DNA of 64,000 bases. Origin: Azolla caroliniana. Its lineage: Eukaryota; Plantae; Polypodiophyta. How positions within the stretch are numbered: the stretch's first letter is position 1; each line of letters starts with the position of its first letter. Location: contig JBHGNT010000012.1 in NCBI GenBank assembly GCA_043228905.1, forward strand, positions 8,432,001 through 8,496,000, in the 5' to 3' direction. The position numbers and the translations under genes were made by a program. Positions 38,201 through 52,586 of this stretch are shown here, piece by piece. The notes below the pieces were generated by a model. It was not told the DNA's origin. It made no database searches and was given only the letters and a program-made list of their open reading frames with translations.

Positions 38201-41200
38201 CTTTGGATTATTCTAACTGGGCGTGCCTCATGGAGCTCTGGTTTGCACAGTATTCTGCTGAAGAAAGCCGAGAGCATATTGGTCAAGCATCTATGGAATG
38301 CTTGTATGAAATCTAAGATGACAGCCAGGCAGATTCTTAATGTACTCATGTGCTATTTTATCAGACCTTACATTATTGCTACTATCTGTGAAAAGGGTGC
38401 ATTGTTTAAAGCTGTTTTCGAGCAATTCATGTTGCTGAAACCCAAAAAGGAAGGCATCCCTTATATACAGAAATCATTAAAGTGTTTCCAGTTGCAGTCA
38501 GGTCCTCAAAATGCAGATTCAGTTTTCTCATCATATTTGATGCATTTTCTAGAACTCAAAGACTGGTTTTCAGAAAAAGGTGTCTTTTTGAAACAAATGA
38601 AGAAATGGGTTGCATCTGCATCCATGTTTGGATATGGCGAACTGATGGCTCCAGTTCCAGCAGTTGGTCGTCCTAATCACCTGGTAAGAAGAACCATCCT
38701 AATTTGTTAAAATTAATGAAATGCTTGCTGGTCAATTATTTTTGCATCTATTTTTGCTTGGGCCATGCCATCTATTTTTGCATTTTGCTGTCTTAAGGTT
38801 ATGTATGCGACAACATTCCCTTCTTCTAATCAGGAAGCAGCATTGCTCGTATGGATCACCAACCCTGCAACACAAGGGTAGTAAATAGAGCGTGTTGCAT
38901 ATTAAAGAACCTAGCTTTGTTTTGCTCATCACCAATGTCCCAATTCAAGGATAGCGAGTAGAGGCTGTTTCTTATTGAAGAACCTTAGATTTTAGATAGT
39001 GGATGCATGCATGAAGGATAAATAGATATAAGGGGATCAATATGATTTCTTTTCTTGCGGATACTCATTATATAATGATTTTTTGCTCAATCTCATATTT
39101 TTATGAAATTTAAATTCAGCCTCAAATTCGGCTGAATTTGGGTTGCTGAAATATAGGTTATGGCTGTGATTTTAGGGTTGGGCTCTATCTTATTGTATTT
39201 TCTCATATTAATTATAATTAAAGGCATACTCAATGGAAGGCAAACTTTGGGCCAACAGGGCCCCAACTTCCTTGTTCAGGAGCAATCTGCCTTCCTATAT
39301 GTGGAATGAAATCTTTGTGAACCCAGAATCTTAACCGGAGTTTTTTCGTTTATATTATCTCTTCAGTGAAATTCCAGCTGAATTGGTGGTTCATTTGTTG
39401 TTTTACTATCCTCTTGAAGTTCCATAGGCAGTTTTGAGAAACTTTATCAATCATTGGCATTTTGTATCTCAGACAACCTTTGGTCCATGAGTAACTGTCC
39501 TCATCTGTGACAATTACTTGTTGGATGCCTTCGAAGAAATCCTCAGTGACAATCTCTGATTCATCTCCCAAGGCTAAAGAGTTCTATATAGTCTGTTTGA
39601 ATTAGATAAACTTGGAAGGGTATTAAGCATTGCTTATGTGTTCGTTTTTCTCTAGCTTGCTATCCCATATTCTCTGGCACCCCACTGCTGGCAGAAAGAT
39701 GTATGATTTTATATGCGTCTTAAAAATGTAGTTTTCTTTTTTGAGTTGCTTTTTAGAAACTTTTTTTTGTTTTGTATGTTTTGCCTTAGACTTATGTTTT
39801 TCTGATGAGGCTTAAGCTCAAACAGTCATCTCGTAATTTATATTATGACATATAGAATCACATGTTATACGTTTCTTATATGGTTCCATGTTAGTTCCAG
39901 GTTTACTATCTGACACAATGCACATCTAATGAAACTACATACTGATATATAAATTTGCTTTGAGGAGCCCTAGAAAAATTGTAACACTATGCGACTAGCA
40001 AATTTGGCGTATGCTGTCAAAACGTGGGAGAGAGTTGAAGGATGTAAGGAGAAAGTAATAAGAGGAAATGCAGTTTTACCTCAGATTTTTAGGGTAAAGA
40101 GGTCCTTAGGGATGGTTAGTTTTTGAGGCATTTGGTAACCATCTAACAAAAATGGGTGTAGTGGCTGCTGTGATTTGTTCATTTAGTAAGTATTGCGTTT
40201 CTTGTTTGAGTGGCTTCATTGTGTATTGTTTCTTCTATATGCCCATGTTTGTGGTTTTTGATAGAGATAGAATACGAGTGGAAGGAAAGCTCTTCCTAAA
40301 TTTCTTTTTGGAAGTGCTATGGATGATGGATATGACCAAGAATAGAAAAGATTTAAGAGGCAATAGATTACACAATCATCTTCTCCTGAAGATGACTCAA
40401 AGGCATCAAAGGGTAGAATTTTAGGGAGGAAGATTGCAAGTAATAGTGTGTTTTTGGAGACTCAAAGATTGTGGAAGATATTAACTCTCTAAAACTGGTG
40501 ATGTGTGGGAACATATTAGTGTCATTGAGATTATTCCTCTTGGAGAGATGCCATAGTCAAGATGACACACATGAGAGAAGCTGTATTTATGAGGATTCCT
40601 TTTTGTGTTTCTTTTGCTAAAACTAACTCTATCTCCAACTGGAGTTGGTTTCAGGGTTATGCAGATCTTTGTGAAACTGTGTAGGGTTTTGTTAGTCATC
40701 AATGGGGCTGAACCTCATGAAGGGGAGAGGGGCTTGGTGATTTAGCACATCTTAATGATTTTCAACTTAGGAATTGAGGGGTTTTGGAACGTCGGTTTAC
40801 AGTTTCCCGTGTGCCTGCGATCAAGGTTAGGAAAGCTTGGCTCGAAAACAATGAAAATAGGCCTTATTTAAATTAGGCCCTGGGACTTGCCATGAATACG
40901 TAACTAGCATAATTAGCATAGGGACATATGCTTACTGTAAATATCCCCTCCATGCTGAAATAGGCATATCTTTGGCATTGTTTGAGCAATAAATATATCA
41001 ACATGATTTGTTCATTGTGGTGATGATGAATCAACATAATTTTGTAATTTTAGCAACTATATTGAAGCTCATGGAGGGGACTTATCATAGGAGGCTTGTT
41101 ATACAAGATATGGTGTTGGTGCTATGCTTTTTTGATGTAGATGCCTCTCTGAGAGTCTTTAGTATGAAACCCTATAATCTTTGGTTCCGGAAGTTTATGA

Positions 41201-44200
41201 ACATTGTGAACATGGGCTGATCTTGGAAGAGGCTATTGTTTGTCTCCCGTTTTGGTAGATCGGACATCAGCCATCTCCTCGTGTGATGCACACATTTGCA
41301 TGTCACATCTCACACTGGTTCTAAGCTCTCCACAAATGTTTTCTTTTTCTCCATCTAACAATGTATGATGCAGTACGATGTTGACTATTACACTCCCAAT
41401 ACCAAAGATGAGACAATACCAAAGATGAGGATTCTGTAGTATGAAACCTTTGCCTTAAGAATACATGACCAGATGCCAGTGATGATGACGTGCTCTAAAT
41501 TTATCTTCTCATAATAATTCACATTAGTCTCTGCTGCACTATTATCACGTGCTCTGCTTGGCTTTTCCCCTGTATGTCAAGCTAAGCCACTATATTTGAA
41601 CTTCCTACAAGAGGGTACTAGTTTATGATCAACCAAAGCTTTGTCCTTTCATTCAGCTAGAATCTTTATTTTTGTCCTCATTTTTGCTCCTTATTCTTGG
41701 TTTTAGTCAATGCACATTTTATTTCTGAAATATACAAATGAGGGCACTATCGCTCTTGCCTATCCCATGTAAGTAAACTGTTAATCCAAGGTAGGTATTC
41801 ATTGTAATGATATATTAAACATGATAGTAGATAAATAATGCGTGTGCCTTAGCGTTACTTATTTCTTTTTATCATTCAGAAGACTAATACTAATACCCCT
41901 GCTAAATGGTAATTCTAAATGATGACATCAACAGGTTTTGCAGGTAACAACTGTTCGTCTTGGCAACAGAATGTATACTTCTGATGGGTTTGAGAGGAAG
42001 GCTTTCCTTATGAAGCATAATGGTGCAAATTTCTATCAAATCTTTGATGGATTGCTGCCAAAATTATGCAGTTTGGAAGGAAATGGGGCACTTCTCCAGA
42101 GGTCAAGCTCTATGAATGGGCATGATAATTTGTATCCAACTCTCCATTTAATGTTGCTGCTTAACAGGAATCTGCATCATAAGAACCGGCCTTTTCCTGA
42201 AGCTGATCTTTATCTTCAGGAGAGGGTCTGCCAATCTGATAAGGTCTATTTATCTGAAACTAGCTCACAAACAATGAAAAGGGAACAAGATGCGAAAAAG
42301 ATAAAGAGAATTGTTGTGCCTGGAGACAACTTTGGACTAAAGCAAGTAAAACTTGAGCCAGATGTGAACATATCGAGACGGAGCTCATCCATCACAACCG
42401 ACTCCAATAGTGCCCAAGCTATAAAGGAAGAAAGCTCCATAGAAATGTATGGGCAACAACTGCCGCTGGACAGCAATGTGCAAGAGCCAGATCTAAAGGG
42501 ACAGCATGATATAAGGCATCCATTTAAAGGGGAGCTTTCAGGCCGAGTGGATCATGATTATTATGTCCATAAGAGGAACAGGGATGCCAAGAAATTTAAG
42601 AAAAACCGACCTCATCGAAATGACCAGGGTCATCAAAATTGTTTGAAAATGACCCGTTATGCCATTGCTGATCTTGTGATTATGAGAGGTGGGATAGCTT
42701 GGAAAGGCTCGGATGCCAAAGTAAAGCTTCAGTTGACAAAACGTAGGGAGTGCTTTGTTGTTGTGAATCAGGGGGACGAAATGTATGTTCAAAAAGTAGA
42801 GCAAGGGAGTAACCTTATTCCTAGTAATCCCTCTCAGCTGATATGGAAAAGTGACGATGATTGGACATTAGAATTTTGTGATAAGGAGCAGTGGGATATT
42901 TTCAGAAGAATGTATAATGGTTCTGTGCAAAGAAGTGCACAAACAGTACCTATAAAATCATTGCCTATTCCTGGTATAAGGTTGATCGAAGATGATGCTC
43001 TTTCGAGGCCCGGTTCTTTTTCTCGTCCACACTATGCAATCATGCAGACAAGCAACGAAATAGAATCAGCGTTAAGAAATAACCGTGTCCTTTATGACCT
43101 TGATAGTGAGGACGAGGCTTGGTTAGATGACTACAATAAGCTACAGAGCAACAGTAAGGCAGATGATAATGGTAACGTGAAGACATTTATCACGGATGAT
43201 GTTCTTGAAAGAGTTATGGATTTGCTTGAAAAAGTGGCATACCGGCAAAAAGAGGATTCTATGGGTGACAATGAGGATTCTATTGAAATTATGGATGCTC
43301 TCCGTCTCTACCAGGATTTAGCCCCAGCTGATGTGGTGGAAGCTATTCACACTTACTGGCTCACAAAGCGTTTAAAGAAGGGAAAAGCTTTGGTTAGACA
43401 CTTTCAGGTATGAAAAAACTTTCCATACTTTCGGGTTTCCTATTTAAAGGTGGGGAAATACCTTACCTGAATACACCTCAAATTTCAAAATTACTAGGAT
43501 AATCCTGCTAGTATAATATCTGATACTGCTAAGGTATTTTGGTAATGTTTGAAAATTTAGGGGTATTCTGAGAAATACTTAACAAGCTCGGGCTTTTTTG
43601 TGTTTTGCTCATTATCTTCTATTAATAGCTGGGTTGATGTGCTTGGCATCCGACTCCTAACTTATGGAAACCAGTAGAGGAATAGTTTTTCCATGCCTTA
43701 TTTGCTATTTTAAAATTTCCTGCAGCCACCACCAAGGGAACAATATGAAAAAGAATTGAAAAACTGGGAGATGATGATGGCAGTGTGCCCTCCTGGTGAA
43801 CAAAAGATGCTGATGGAGCGATTTCCACGACCGCAAATATCGGCCTTTTGCTTAGAATGCAAAGATTCTGTAGATCGGAGCAAGAAAATGCTGAGGCAGC
43901 GATCTCAAAAGAGGCTAAAGCCATCACGCTCTTCTTCTGGTAATGAGCTTGAAGCGTACTATTAAAATCCTTTTGGGACAAGAAAACATGGTCTGCATCA
44001 TTTATGGTTATTTTTTATTCTTTATTTATTTGGTCGAGGGGGCAGGAGTTGAACTCCTGGCCCATGGTTTACTGGGTAAGTGCTGACTAGGACAGCTAGG
44101 ACAACTAGATTGAGTTAATTCATGTAATATTATACTCATTGTGTAGAGGAAAATAAAATATCCTCTGAAATTTTTTAATTGGTCTGACAATGAAAATCTT

Positions 44201-45285
44201 AGTTAGCAGTTGTAGCTGATTATAAAATTCTATGGGGTATACTCTATATTTCAAGAAAAAAATGGATGTTTATGGAAAAATTTGAACTTACATCTCAATC
44301 TAAACATTTAAATAATTTGGGGTTTCCAAAATTTGTTACTAATTTATAGTTTCAAAAGAGAACCAAGAAAGTATCTTCATGCATAATGCATTACATGCGT
44401 TCTTCTCTTCTAATTCATACAAATTTTAGGAGGGCATTCCATCATGCATTATGGTGCACGTTCATTATAAAAAAACTATAATTAATAGTACAGCTTAACG
44501 ATGTCTCAACTACATTTATAATTACGCCAAAGTTTTTCATATAATGCATCCAACTGAATGACATGGTTCTTTCAGAAGATTCGCACCGAGCATCAGGGTT
44601 TCGGCCTAAAGATTATTCAGCTTGGCATTCTTCATATCCGTCACAACCAACCAGACCTTCTCCATTCATACCATGTCGATCACAAAGCCATGTTCATGGA
44701 AAGGAAGTTTCTGAGAATGTGCAAAAAGCTAGAGCAAAAGCTGTGGCAGCACGGAAGGTTGCAACAATGAAGACTGCGAAGTTTAGAAAGCGGTTTTTAG
44801 ATTTCGATGCAACCCTCCAGAAAGCTTGGGCTTTGCTCATTGAATATGAAGCTTCCATGGGTAATGGTGATCTGATGGCTGAGAGTGAGGCAATGAAAGC
44901 AAAGGTTGAGCTTCTTTTTAGTTGGTGCTCACATGCTACAGCTCAAGAAAGCAAGTCCTCGAGTGAGGATGAACCACCATCTGATGTAATAAGACCCTTT
45001 GGAGAGGATTTCCTAGAATTGTTTACAAAGAAGTGTTCGATTATGGAAGAAACTAGTCATATTGAAGTTGCTCCTAAGTCCAAGCAAATGCTCATAACCC
45101 ATGAAGGTAAAGATTTGGAACGAACGTGTGCAAGACATGAAGCTAAAATGCTGGGACAAGCATTGGAAAGGCATGATGTGTTCGAGGAAGTAGAAACGAG
45201 CCCTCTTCTCCCCATTTCTACAAGAGGGTATCCTTATGCTTGGATCGGATCCACTCTTCTACAGAAAGTTGATCAACAAGAGTAG
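35255..45285 (+). CDS. Enhancer of Polycomb-like (EPCR1/2-type) chromatin protein, about 1938 aa; exons 35255-38683, 41944-43407, 43726-43939, 44576-45285
   Basis: All introns are GT-AG and phases join in frame (0,0,1). Two PRGRP AT-hooks, a Tudor-like VGKRVVVYWP..W..G.V..YD....H.I.YDD..EE, an EPL-type YDLDSEDEAWL and HFQPP..E.Y..ELK.WE. Additional small exons in intron 1 cannot be excluded. Confidence 0.85.
44008..44105 (-). mobile_element. Short tRNA-derived SINE-like insert in intron 3
   Basis: Minus strand has a TAGCTG.. A-box-like motif, the T-arm/B-box CAGGAGTTCAACTCCTG, then an A-rich tail. No clear TSD. Confidence 0.5.
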
Positions 45286-46442
45286 AGACTCGATGAAGCA
45301 TGTGTGCTGATGAGGTATAAGATGAAAACTGCTCTTCAAGGTTTTGAAGTGATTCCATGGCTTTCAGATAATCTGGGATCATGGCTTATTTATGCTATGC
45401 CCCACCCTACATCAAAGCAAAGTCTATATTAGATGAAACGGTCACTTTCACAGAATGGAGAAAAAGATGATGTGGGTGTTGTCCCTTAACATTAGAAGAT
45501 TGTGTCATCAACATTACGTATATATATAACAAGAGCAATAACATCTTGTATCATGTGCAAAAATGAACAATGATGATGATGATGAGTCGAAAACAAGTGG
45601 CAAATCATTGGCTTTCGGCTCAAGTTTTGAGGTAGCAGGTCCATATTTTAGCTTGTATGGTTTATAGCAAAATTTTGATTGTGTGCATGTTTTTGCACCC
45701 TTGATGGTTCTTGCTTCCATTCAACTCATGGTGAATCACATCAGCATGAATATATATATAAAGTATGAAGAGTTGGAATGTGAAAAACCATTTTTTGTAT
45801 GTCTGGATATCTCGAAATTGTGGGTTTGCTCAGAGTGACTTTTGTACCAATATTTCAACGTGAAGAATATATGCTGGCAAAAAGGCATTGAAATTCTCTA
45901 TGTAACGGACTTTGCAACTTGTTGGTTCAGGGTCAACCTAATACAAGAATTAAAGCATGGAAATCCTTTTGTATCTTATAATTTGTAACCATAATGTTTC
46001 TTATTTCGTGTTTATGATTTATATGTATCCTTCCCAAATTAGATATTTACTGCTGGAAATAGATAGGCATTGGAATCTTGGCTTATGTTGTACGTATTCT
46101 ATTATGTTCTATGTTTTTTATGTGCAATAGATCTTGAATTGTGCACTAGCTAGGACTTGAACAACACCTTTATTTACACAATCTCTAACCTTGCATTTAG
46201 TTATACTTATTGTTATTATATATATTTTTTCATATATACATATTTGTACTTGTGTGGTTGCCCCTTTTCCACCTTTTCCCTACTTCGACGTTTGGACTTG
46301 CCTCATCATGGCACTGTTCTCATTCATGCCTATGTGATAATCCTTCTAAAAAAGGTCCCTATGGTGGTAGTTTTAACACTCTTAAGACTCGAGCAAATAT
46401 TTGCTTTGGTTATTGGTCTTATTTGCTATTCCTTGCTCTCTC

Positions 46443-47054
46443 TAGCAATGGGTGTGGTTCGGTTTCTTGGCCTTGAAACCAAACCAAACCGTTTATGAAA
46501 AATTTAGAACTAAACCAAACCGGTTTATCATACATTAAAACCAAACCAAACCATTTTTTAGAGATATTGATTATCATACATATTATGAATTTGTGTGAGA
46601 AAATCATCATAAATTTGGTTATTATACCTGTCATAAATTTGGTCATCATACTTGTCATAAATTTGGTCATCATACATATTATAAATTTGGTCATCATACT
46701 TACCATAAATTTGATAATTATACATCACTTACCATAAATTTGATAATTATACATCAAAAGGAGACTCTACTTATAATGCATATAAAATTTAATAAGTTAG
46801 AGCCTAGAGATGAAAATTTAAGAATATTTTTTAACCTATAAACCTATAAACTTTTAAACCTTTAAACCAAACCACATAAACCGAAACCACTAAACCTCTA
46901 AACCATGAAATTCAAAACTGAACCGAACCGAAACCAAACCGGATCATAACATTTGAAACCAAACCAAACGGTTTATTTATCTTTGAACCAATAAACCGTT
47001 AAGCCACGGTTTAATGGTTTGGTTTGGTTTGAGCCGAAACCGAGCCCATTGCTA
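46443..47054. mobile_element. Non-autonomous hAT element (MITE-like)
   Basis: TIR TAGCAATGGG, 8-bp TSD GCTCTCTC (46435-46442, 47055-47062), subterminal AAACC(G/A) repeats and an internal ~24-bp tandem repeat. Confidence 0.88.
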
Positions 47055-48390
47055 GCTCTCTCCCTTCTCTTTGATTTTGCTATCCGTTTTTTCCCTCGCA
47101 TGTCTCTCACATCATAAGCTTATTCACCCTGTTCACCCACCGTTTCATGTTTCTGATGGATCTTCTCATTAAGAAGTGCATACCATATATTAATGTATGA
47201 AAGGGTGAACCATGATGCACTTGTGCTTGCCACATTTCAAAAGGTGTCCCATGAAATGGGAAATGTATATCATAATATATCAAGTTTTATTCACATCTTA
47301 ACATGTTGATTTCTAAATGAGGGCGCCAATTGGGGTATGTGTGTCCTAATTGGCAATTAGATAGACCTAGTCATTGGTGTTTCTCAGCTTCTTCCATTTT
47401 CCCTTGGAGTTTCCCTTGTTCAAGACTGAGAAATTGACATTGTTTGCTACATGAAAGCGATTGTTGATAGGGTTAGCTACTCTAGTTCCATCTAGTCTTT
47501 GACTTCCATATTGATGGGTCTCTTTTCGTCAATAGGCTTTTTTGATTATTGTTGGAAAGTACAATTCCAAGAAGTTAAAAATGAGCTTCCTCACCAATTT
47601 GCACAATGCCCAAAGATATTAAATACTCAGAATATTCAATCTCGACACTCTATCAGTGTTAAGCATGAAATCTAATAGAGATAGAGGGTAGCATTTGAAA
47701 CAATTAGAAAGTAAAGTCTCAAATTTACGCAATGTACATGTGGAATCCATCAAGAATCCATTTGCTCTAGTGTATTATAATGTATTCAAACCGAATTCCA
47801 TCAGCGTGATAGGTGGACCAACATACTTTCACACCTCATTGAGGATGACCTAGGAGAGCCAAGGTATACCCTTGCAAATAAAAGATTGGCTTCTAATATT
47901 TTAAGTTGTGGCTTGTTGCAGTAGTGCTAGATAATGTTTTCCATGGGTAGTGATGGGAACTTTTGATGTAATGCTCAACTCTACCATCAAATAGTGGGGA
48001 AACAAATCAAACTCATGGTATTCGAAGATGAAGGATTCACTAATTATTTGCCCCAACCGCTTACTGACCAAAGGGGCGAGGAGTGTACCTCACTTATTAC
48101 AGACAATAATGGTGAAAGCTTCAAGTGCCACACTATGATTACTAATGGACTTTTAGCTGCGAGACATATGTTCATGTGCCTAAGGAACCAAGAAGATAGT
48201 GTTGGATTTGAAGTTGGGAAATGGAACTCCCTTGGGTATGGACTCATTACCATGTTTTATTTATAAGGAATTATATTTGGCAAAATGAAAAAGTATTTTT
48301 GCTACCAATAAAGTTGACTTCACAATACTAGTTTATTTAAACTACTATTTTGCTTCTTTTCGAGGGTGGTTTCACACTATGTGTTAGAAA

Positions 48391-48536
48391 CATCACGACA
48401 TCCACCCCCACCAAACTTGCACATCCTCTGGTATGTGCCAATGATTGTTAGATTCCTTTTTAAACCTTGAAGTCTAGAGGTTCGATTTCACGATTTGTGG
48501 TCTCTCTTCTCTTAAACATCTTGATTCTCTTCCATG
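48391..48536 (-). mobile_element. Fragment of the TGTCGTG-LTR Gypsy lineage (LTR start plus PPT), the target of the next insertion
   Basis: tcacgacatccacccccaccaaacttgcacatcc matches 13453-13500. Confidence 0.7.
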
Positions 48537-48587
48537 TGTCGTGACTTGAGAATAGGAGAGAGAAAAATAAGATGACAGTAGAAGGTA

Positions 48588-48627
<40 letters not shown>

Positions 48628-48897
48628 ACACTAGAGATGGAAAGAGAGTTTATATTATAAGAGAGCAAGGATTACAAAGAGTAGGCTAAGGGGCTACAAA
48701 CTGGTGTTGAACCGAATGTGTTGTGATGAATGAATAGACACCTATTTATAGGTCCTTATGGAGTATTCTGGAAAGTTCTAGAATATTTTAGATATTTATG
48801 ATATTTAATATAATCATGGAATATCCTAGAATGTTCTAGAATACTCTAAATGTCTTGTAATAACTAATAATACATTTATTATAACTATACATCATAT

Positions 48898-48962
48898 ATG
48901 TTAGTATAATGGTTAAAGGTCTAACATATAGACCAAGACGTCTTGAGCTCGAATCCTTGTAA
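48898..48962 (+). promoter_or_regulatory. tRNA-like A/B-box cassette in LTR U3 (copy at about 63114-63178)
   Basis: TAGTATAATGGTTA, a GGTCTA/TAGACC stem and GAGCTCGAATCC. Confidence 0.6.
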
Positions 48963-48979
48963 GGCCAAAATGTATGTCG

Positions 48980-49660
48980 TCATGACATTATCCCCCCTTT
49001 TCGACGACGAGTTCCACGAGTCGGAAGACAAGATTTTGGACTTGGCTTATGAGGATATTTGTTGTGAAATGCAGCAACCATTTCGGAGGCATTAGCAAGA
49101 TTCTCAAGAGGTTCCCATGTTCGATCATTAGGTGTATAACCTAACCAGTCAACCAAATAATACAGTTTGTTGCGAACGATCTTGGAGTCGAGAATGGCAG
49201 CAACTTCATATTCGGAGCCATCCGAAATTTCGATTGGAGGTGGGGGAGATGTAAGATGGCCTGGAATAGAGCTGGTTGTGTACGGCTCCAAAAGTGAAAC
49301 ATGGAAGACCGGGTGAAGATGCATATGAGGGGGAAGATCAAGGCGAAATGCCACATCATTGATCTTACCAGATATCACATATGGGCCAAAACGTTGATAA
49401 TCCAATTTGCAGCAAGGTCGGGTTGTTTTAATGCGACCTTGTAAAAGCCATACTCGATCCCCCACTTGAAACGTAGTCAATGAATCACGTCGATGACGGC
49501 CGACAACCTTCTTTTGAGTGTTTTGAGCATCACATAAATGGTGCAAAAGGATATCTTGAACTTCTTGGAGTTGGGTGAGCCGATCTTCAGCAGCCGGGTT
49601 TGTCGGGAGTTCGGGATGTTCAAGCATAGTCCAACGAGGATGGTACCCAATGTTTGCAAA
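48980..49660 (-). pseudogene. Integrase C-terminus (GPY motif) plus chromodomain
   Basis: FGPY, HPVFHVSLL, EYEVAAILD..YYLVDWLGY..TWEP. Confidence 0.88.
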
Positions 49661-52586
49661 AAAATGGGGAATATCCAGTAGAAGAATGTTCTGAGTTGTT
49701 GTAAGCAAATTCCGCCAAATGTAATAGATCAATCCAATCATCTTGTTGATAGTTGACAAAACAACGAAGATATTGTTCTACTGTTTGGTTGGTGTGCTCA
49801 CTCTGTCCGTTAGTTTCTGGATGGTAACCGGAAGAGAGTTTGCAAGAAGTATGTAAGAGTTTGAACATGTGCCGCCAAAATTTTGAGATGAACTGGGGAC
49901 CCCGATCACTGATAATATCATCAGGAAGACCATGATGCCGAAACACCCCTCGCATGAGTAACTCGGCTGTCTCTTGGCTCGTAATGGCCTTTGTGCAGGG
50001 AAGAAAATGTGCCATCTTGGTAAAACGATCTACTACTGTGAGAATAGAATCAAAACCCTTGGAAGGTGGTAGATCCGTAATGAAGTCCAATGAAATAGAT
50101 TTCCATGGACTCTCAGGAATAGGCATTGGCTGTAATAAGCCATATGGATGATGTCGAGGTTTTTTGGATCGGCAACATGTATCACAACTACGAACATAAT
50201 ACGTAACAAAATGGCGAAGTCGTGGCCACCAATACCTTTGAGAAATTAACGCCAAAGTCTTGTGGATGCCAAAATGTCCAGCCATTGGTGTATCATGACA
50301 TTGTTGCAAGATTTGGAGTCGAGAAGGACCATCAGGCACATATAAGAGATTTTGTTGAAAAAGTAAACCATCATGCCAATTGAACTGGTTGTAGTCTTGA
50401 CGAGGATTTTGAGATTGTGAACAAGAAGCACGATTTGGGATAATATGGCTCAGAATATCTTGGGCGAATTCATCAGTCTCAATATGCTCCCGAATGGAGT
50501 CTAGAAGACTTGAATCCTCGGGTGTGTCTATAGCATGAAAAGCCATTAGTCGTAGACGGTCAGGACCCAAGAGGATTTGCTTCTGACTTTCAAATGCGGC
50601 CTCTCCTGGTTGAAGTTCCATATATGAACGCCGAGATAAAGCATTTGCTTTGCCTTGTTGCGTCCCAGGGCGATATAGAATTACGAAATCAAAACGAGTT
50701 AAAAATTGCGCCCAACGAGCTTGTCGACGACTCAATACTCGAGCACTTTGGAAGTACGTTAGATTTTTGTGATCATTATAGACAATGATTTGTTGAGACG
50801 AACCCTCCAAAAAATGACGCCATTGTTGAAAAGAATCCACAATGGCAAGAAGCTCTTTGTCGTGAATCTCATAGTTGATTTCTGCAGCTTCGAATTTCCG
50901 TGAATGAAAAGCCACAGGGTGCAGTTGGCCATCATTGCTAATCTGGGATAATACGCTTCCTAGTGCGAAGTCAGATGCATCAGCTTCCAGTATAAAGTGC
51001 TTCAATGGATCAACATGCATCAAAATTGGTGCAGATGTAAATGCTTGCTTTAATCCTTCAAATGCAGAGTTTGCATTTATACTCCACACAAATGGTTGAT
51101 TCTTCTGTGTTAGTTGAGTGAGGGGCAATACGATCTTTGAATAATCTTTGATGAACTTGCGATAAAAGTTTGCGAACCCTAAAAAACATTGTACATCTCG
51201 CACAGACTGTGGTGTTTGCCAATCCAAAATTGTTTGAACCTTTGCTGGATCCATAGAGATGCCATGTGAAGAGACTATGTACCCCAAAAATTCCACTTGA
51301 CGCTGGTCAAAGCTGCACTTCTCCAATTTTGCATAGAGACCATATTCATGCAACCGTTGCAAAGCTTGTCGAACGTGTATATCATGATCCTCTTGAGTTT
51401 TTGAGTAGATCAAGATATCATCTAGGTAAATTATGACGAAAATATCGAGGAAATCTCGAAAAATGTCATTCGCCATATGTTGGAAAACTGTTGGTGCATT
51501 CGTGAGACCAAATGGCATCACTGTATACTCAAAATGGCCATAGCGAGTACGAAAAGCAGTCTTCCATTCATCCCCAGGACGAATTCGAACAAGATTGTAA
51601 GCACCTCGAAGATCTAACTTTGTGAAATACTTAGCTCCATTGAGGCATTCCAGAAGGCTCGAAATCAATGGTAGAGCATATCCGTTTCGAATAGTTACTT
51701 TATTCAATCCTCGATAATCCACGACCACACGAAGCGAACCATCTTTCTTCTTAACGAAAAATATGGGTGCGCCGGCAGGAGATCTTGAATGCTGGATAAA
51801 CCCATTCGCCAAGTTCTCATCAATATATTCCCGAAGAACCTCTAACTCTGTGGGTGAAAGGTTATAAATTGGCCCCCATGGAGGCTTTTTTCGGGGCTGC
51901 AAATCAATCGGGCAATCATATGGTCGATGCTTTGGTAGTCTATTGGCCTTCACCTTATCAAAAACATCGGAGAATTCTATATATTTCGTCGGTAGTTGGA
52001 CCCCTGATTCTTGTGAGCTCGTTGTGGGAGTTGCTAAAACTGCGAACACCAACATGTCTTCCTTTCGTCCTTCCTCACGTAATTGATGTATAAAGATTGT
52101 CGAAATCTTTTGGAATGTCATATCCTTTGTTGGAGTTTTAAGAGGCTTAGAATGTATTGTGACTTCTTCGATGGTTCGTTTTCTCCAATCAATAGTTGGG
52201 TTATGTAGCTCAAACCATGGAAGACCAAGAACTAGGGAGTGCTCTGGACTACTAATGATGTTGAATGAGATGACACTAGCCAAATTGCCTAGGACTACAT
52301 GAATTGGTTCAGACTCTTCAACTATATCACATGATGCTATGGGGCGTCCATCAATGACTCCGACTGACACTGGGCTTGGGAGCTTATGCAACTGAATATT
52401 ATGCATTACAACAAACTCACGATCCATGAAACAAGAGTTGGCTCCAGAGTCTAAGAGGGCAGAAGCTGGGACTCGATGGCACCTAGATGTGTTAAGCTCA
52501 ACTTGTGTAGAGAAAACTCGACTAACTTGACCGGATGAAATGGAACCACAACTAGGGACGGACGTTACATGCCTAGGGTTGTCCAA
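49620..52586 (-). CDS. Gypsy pol (PR-RT-RNase H-integrase), frameshifted near 49650
   Basis: LLDSGA, YLDD, ADASD, GHFG..CDTC, SLDFI, SDRG. Confidence 0.92.
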   Translation of the reverse strand: MDNPRHVTSVPSCGSISSGQVSRVFSTQVELNTSRCHRVPASALLDSGANSCFMDREFVVMHNIQLHKLPSPVSVGVIDGRPIASCDIVEESEPIHVVLGNLASVISFNIISSPEHSLVLGLPWFELHNPTIDWRKRTIEEVTIHSKPLKTPTKDMTFQKISTIFIHQLREEGRKEDMLVFAVLATPTTSSQESGVQLPTKYIEFSDVFDKVKANRLPKHRPYDCPIDLQPRKKPPWGPIYNLSPTELEVLREYIDENLANGFIQHSRSPAGAPIFFVKKKDGSLRVVVDYRGLNKVTIRNGYALPLISSLLECLNGAKYFTKLDLRGAYNLVRIRPGDEWKTAFRTRYGHFEYTVMPFGLTNAPTVFQHMANDIFRDFLDIFVIIYLDDILIYSKTQEDHDIHVRQALQRLHEYGLYAKLEKCSFDQRQVEFLGYIVSSHGISMDPAKVQTILDWQTPQSVRDVQCFLGFANFYRKFIKDYSKIVLPLTQLTQKNQPFVWSINANSAFEGLKQAFTSAPILMHVDPLKHFILEADASDFALGSVLSQISNDGQLHPVAFHSRKFEAAEINYEIHDKELLAIVDSFQQWRHFLEGSSQQIIVYNDHKNLTYFQSARVLSRRQARWAQFLTRFDFVILYRPGTQQGKANALSRRSYMELQPGEAAFESQKQILLGPDRLRLMAFHAIDTPEDSSLLDSIREHIETDEFAQDILSHIIPNRASCSQSQNPRQDYNQFNWHDGLLFQQNLLYVPDGPSRLQILQQCHDTPMAGHFGIHKTLALISQRYWWPRLRHFVTYYVRSCDTCCRSKKPRHHPYGLLQPMPIPESPWKSISLDFITDLPPSKGFDSILTVVDRFTKMAHFLPCTKAITSQETAELLMRGVFRHHGLPDDIISDRGPQFISKFWRHMFKLLHTSCKLSSGYHPETNGQSEHTNQTVEQYLRCFVNYQQDDWIDLLHLAEFAYNNSEHSSTGYSPFFCKHWVPSSLDYA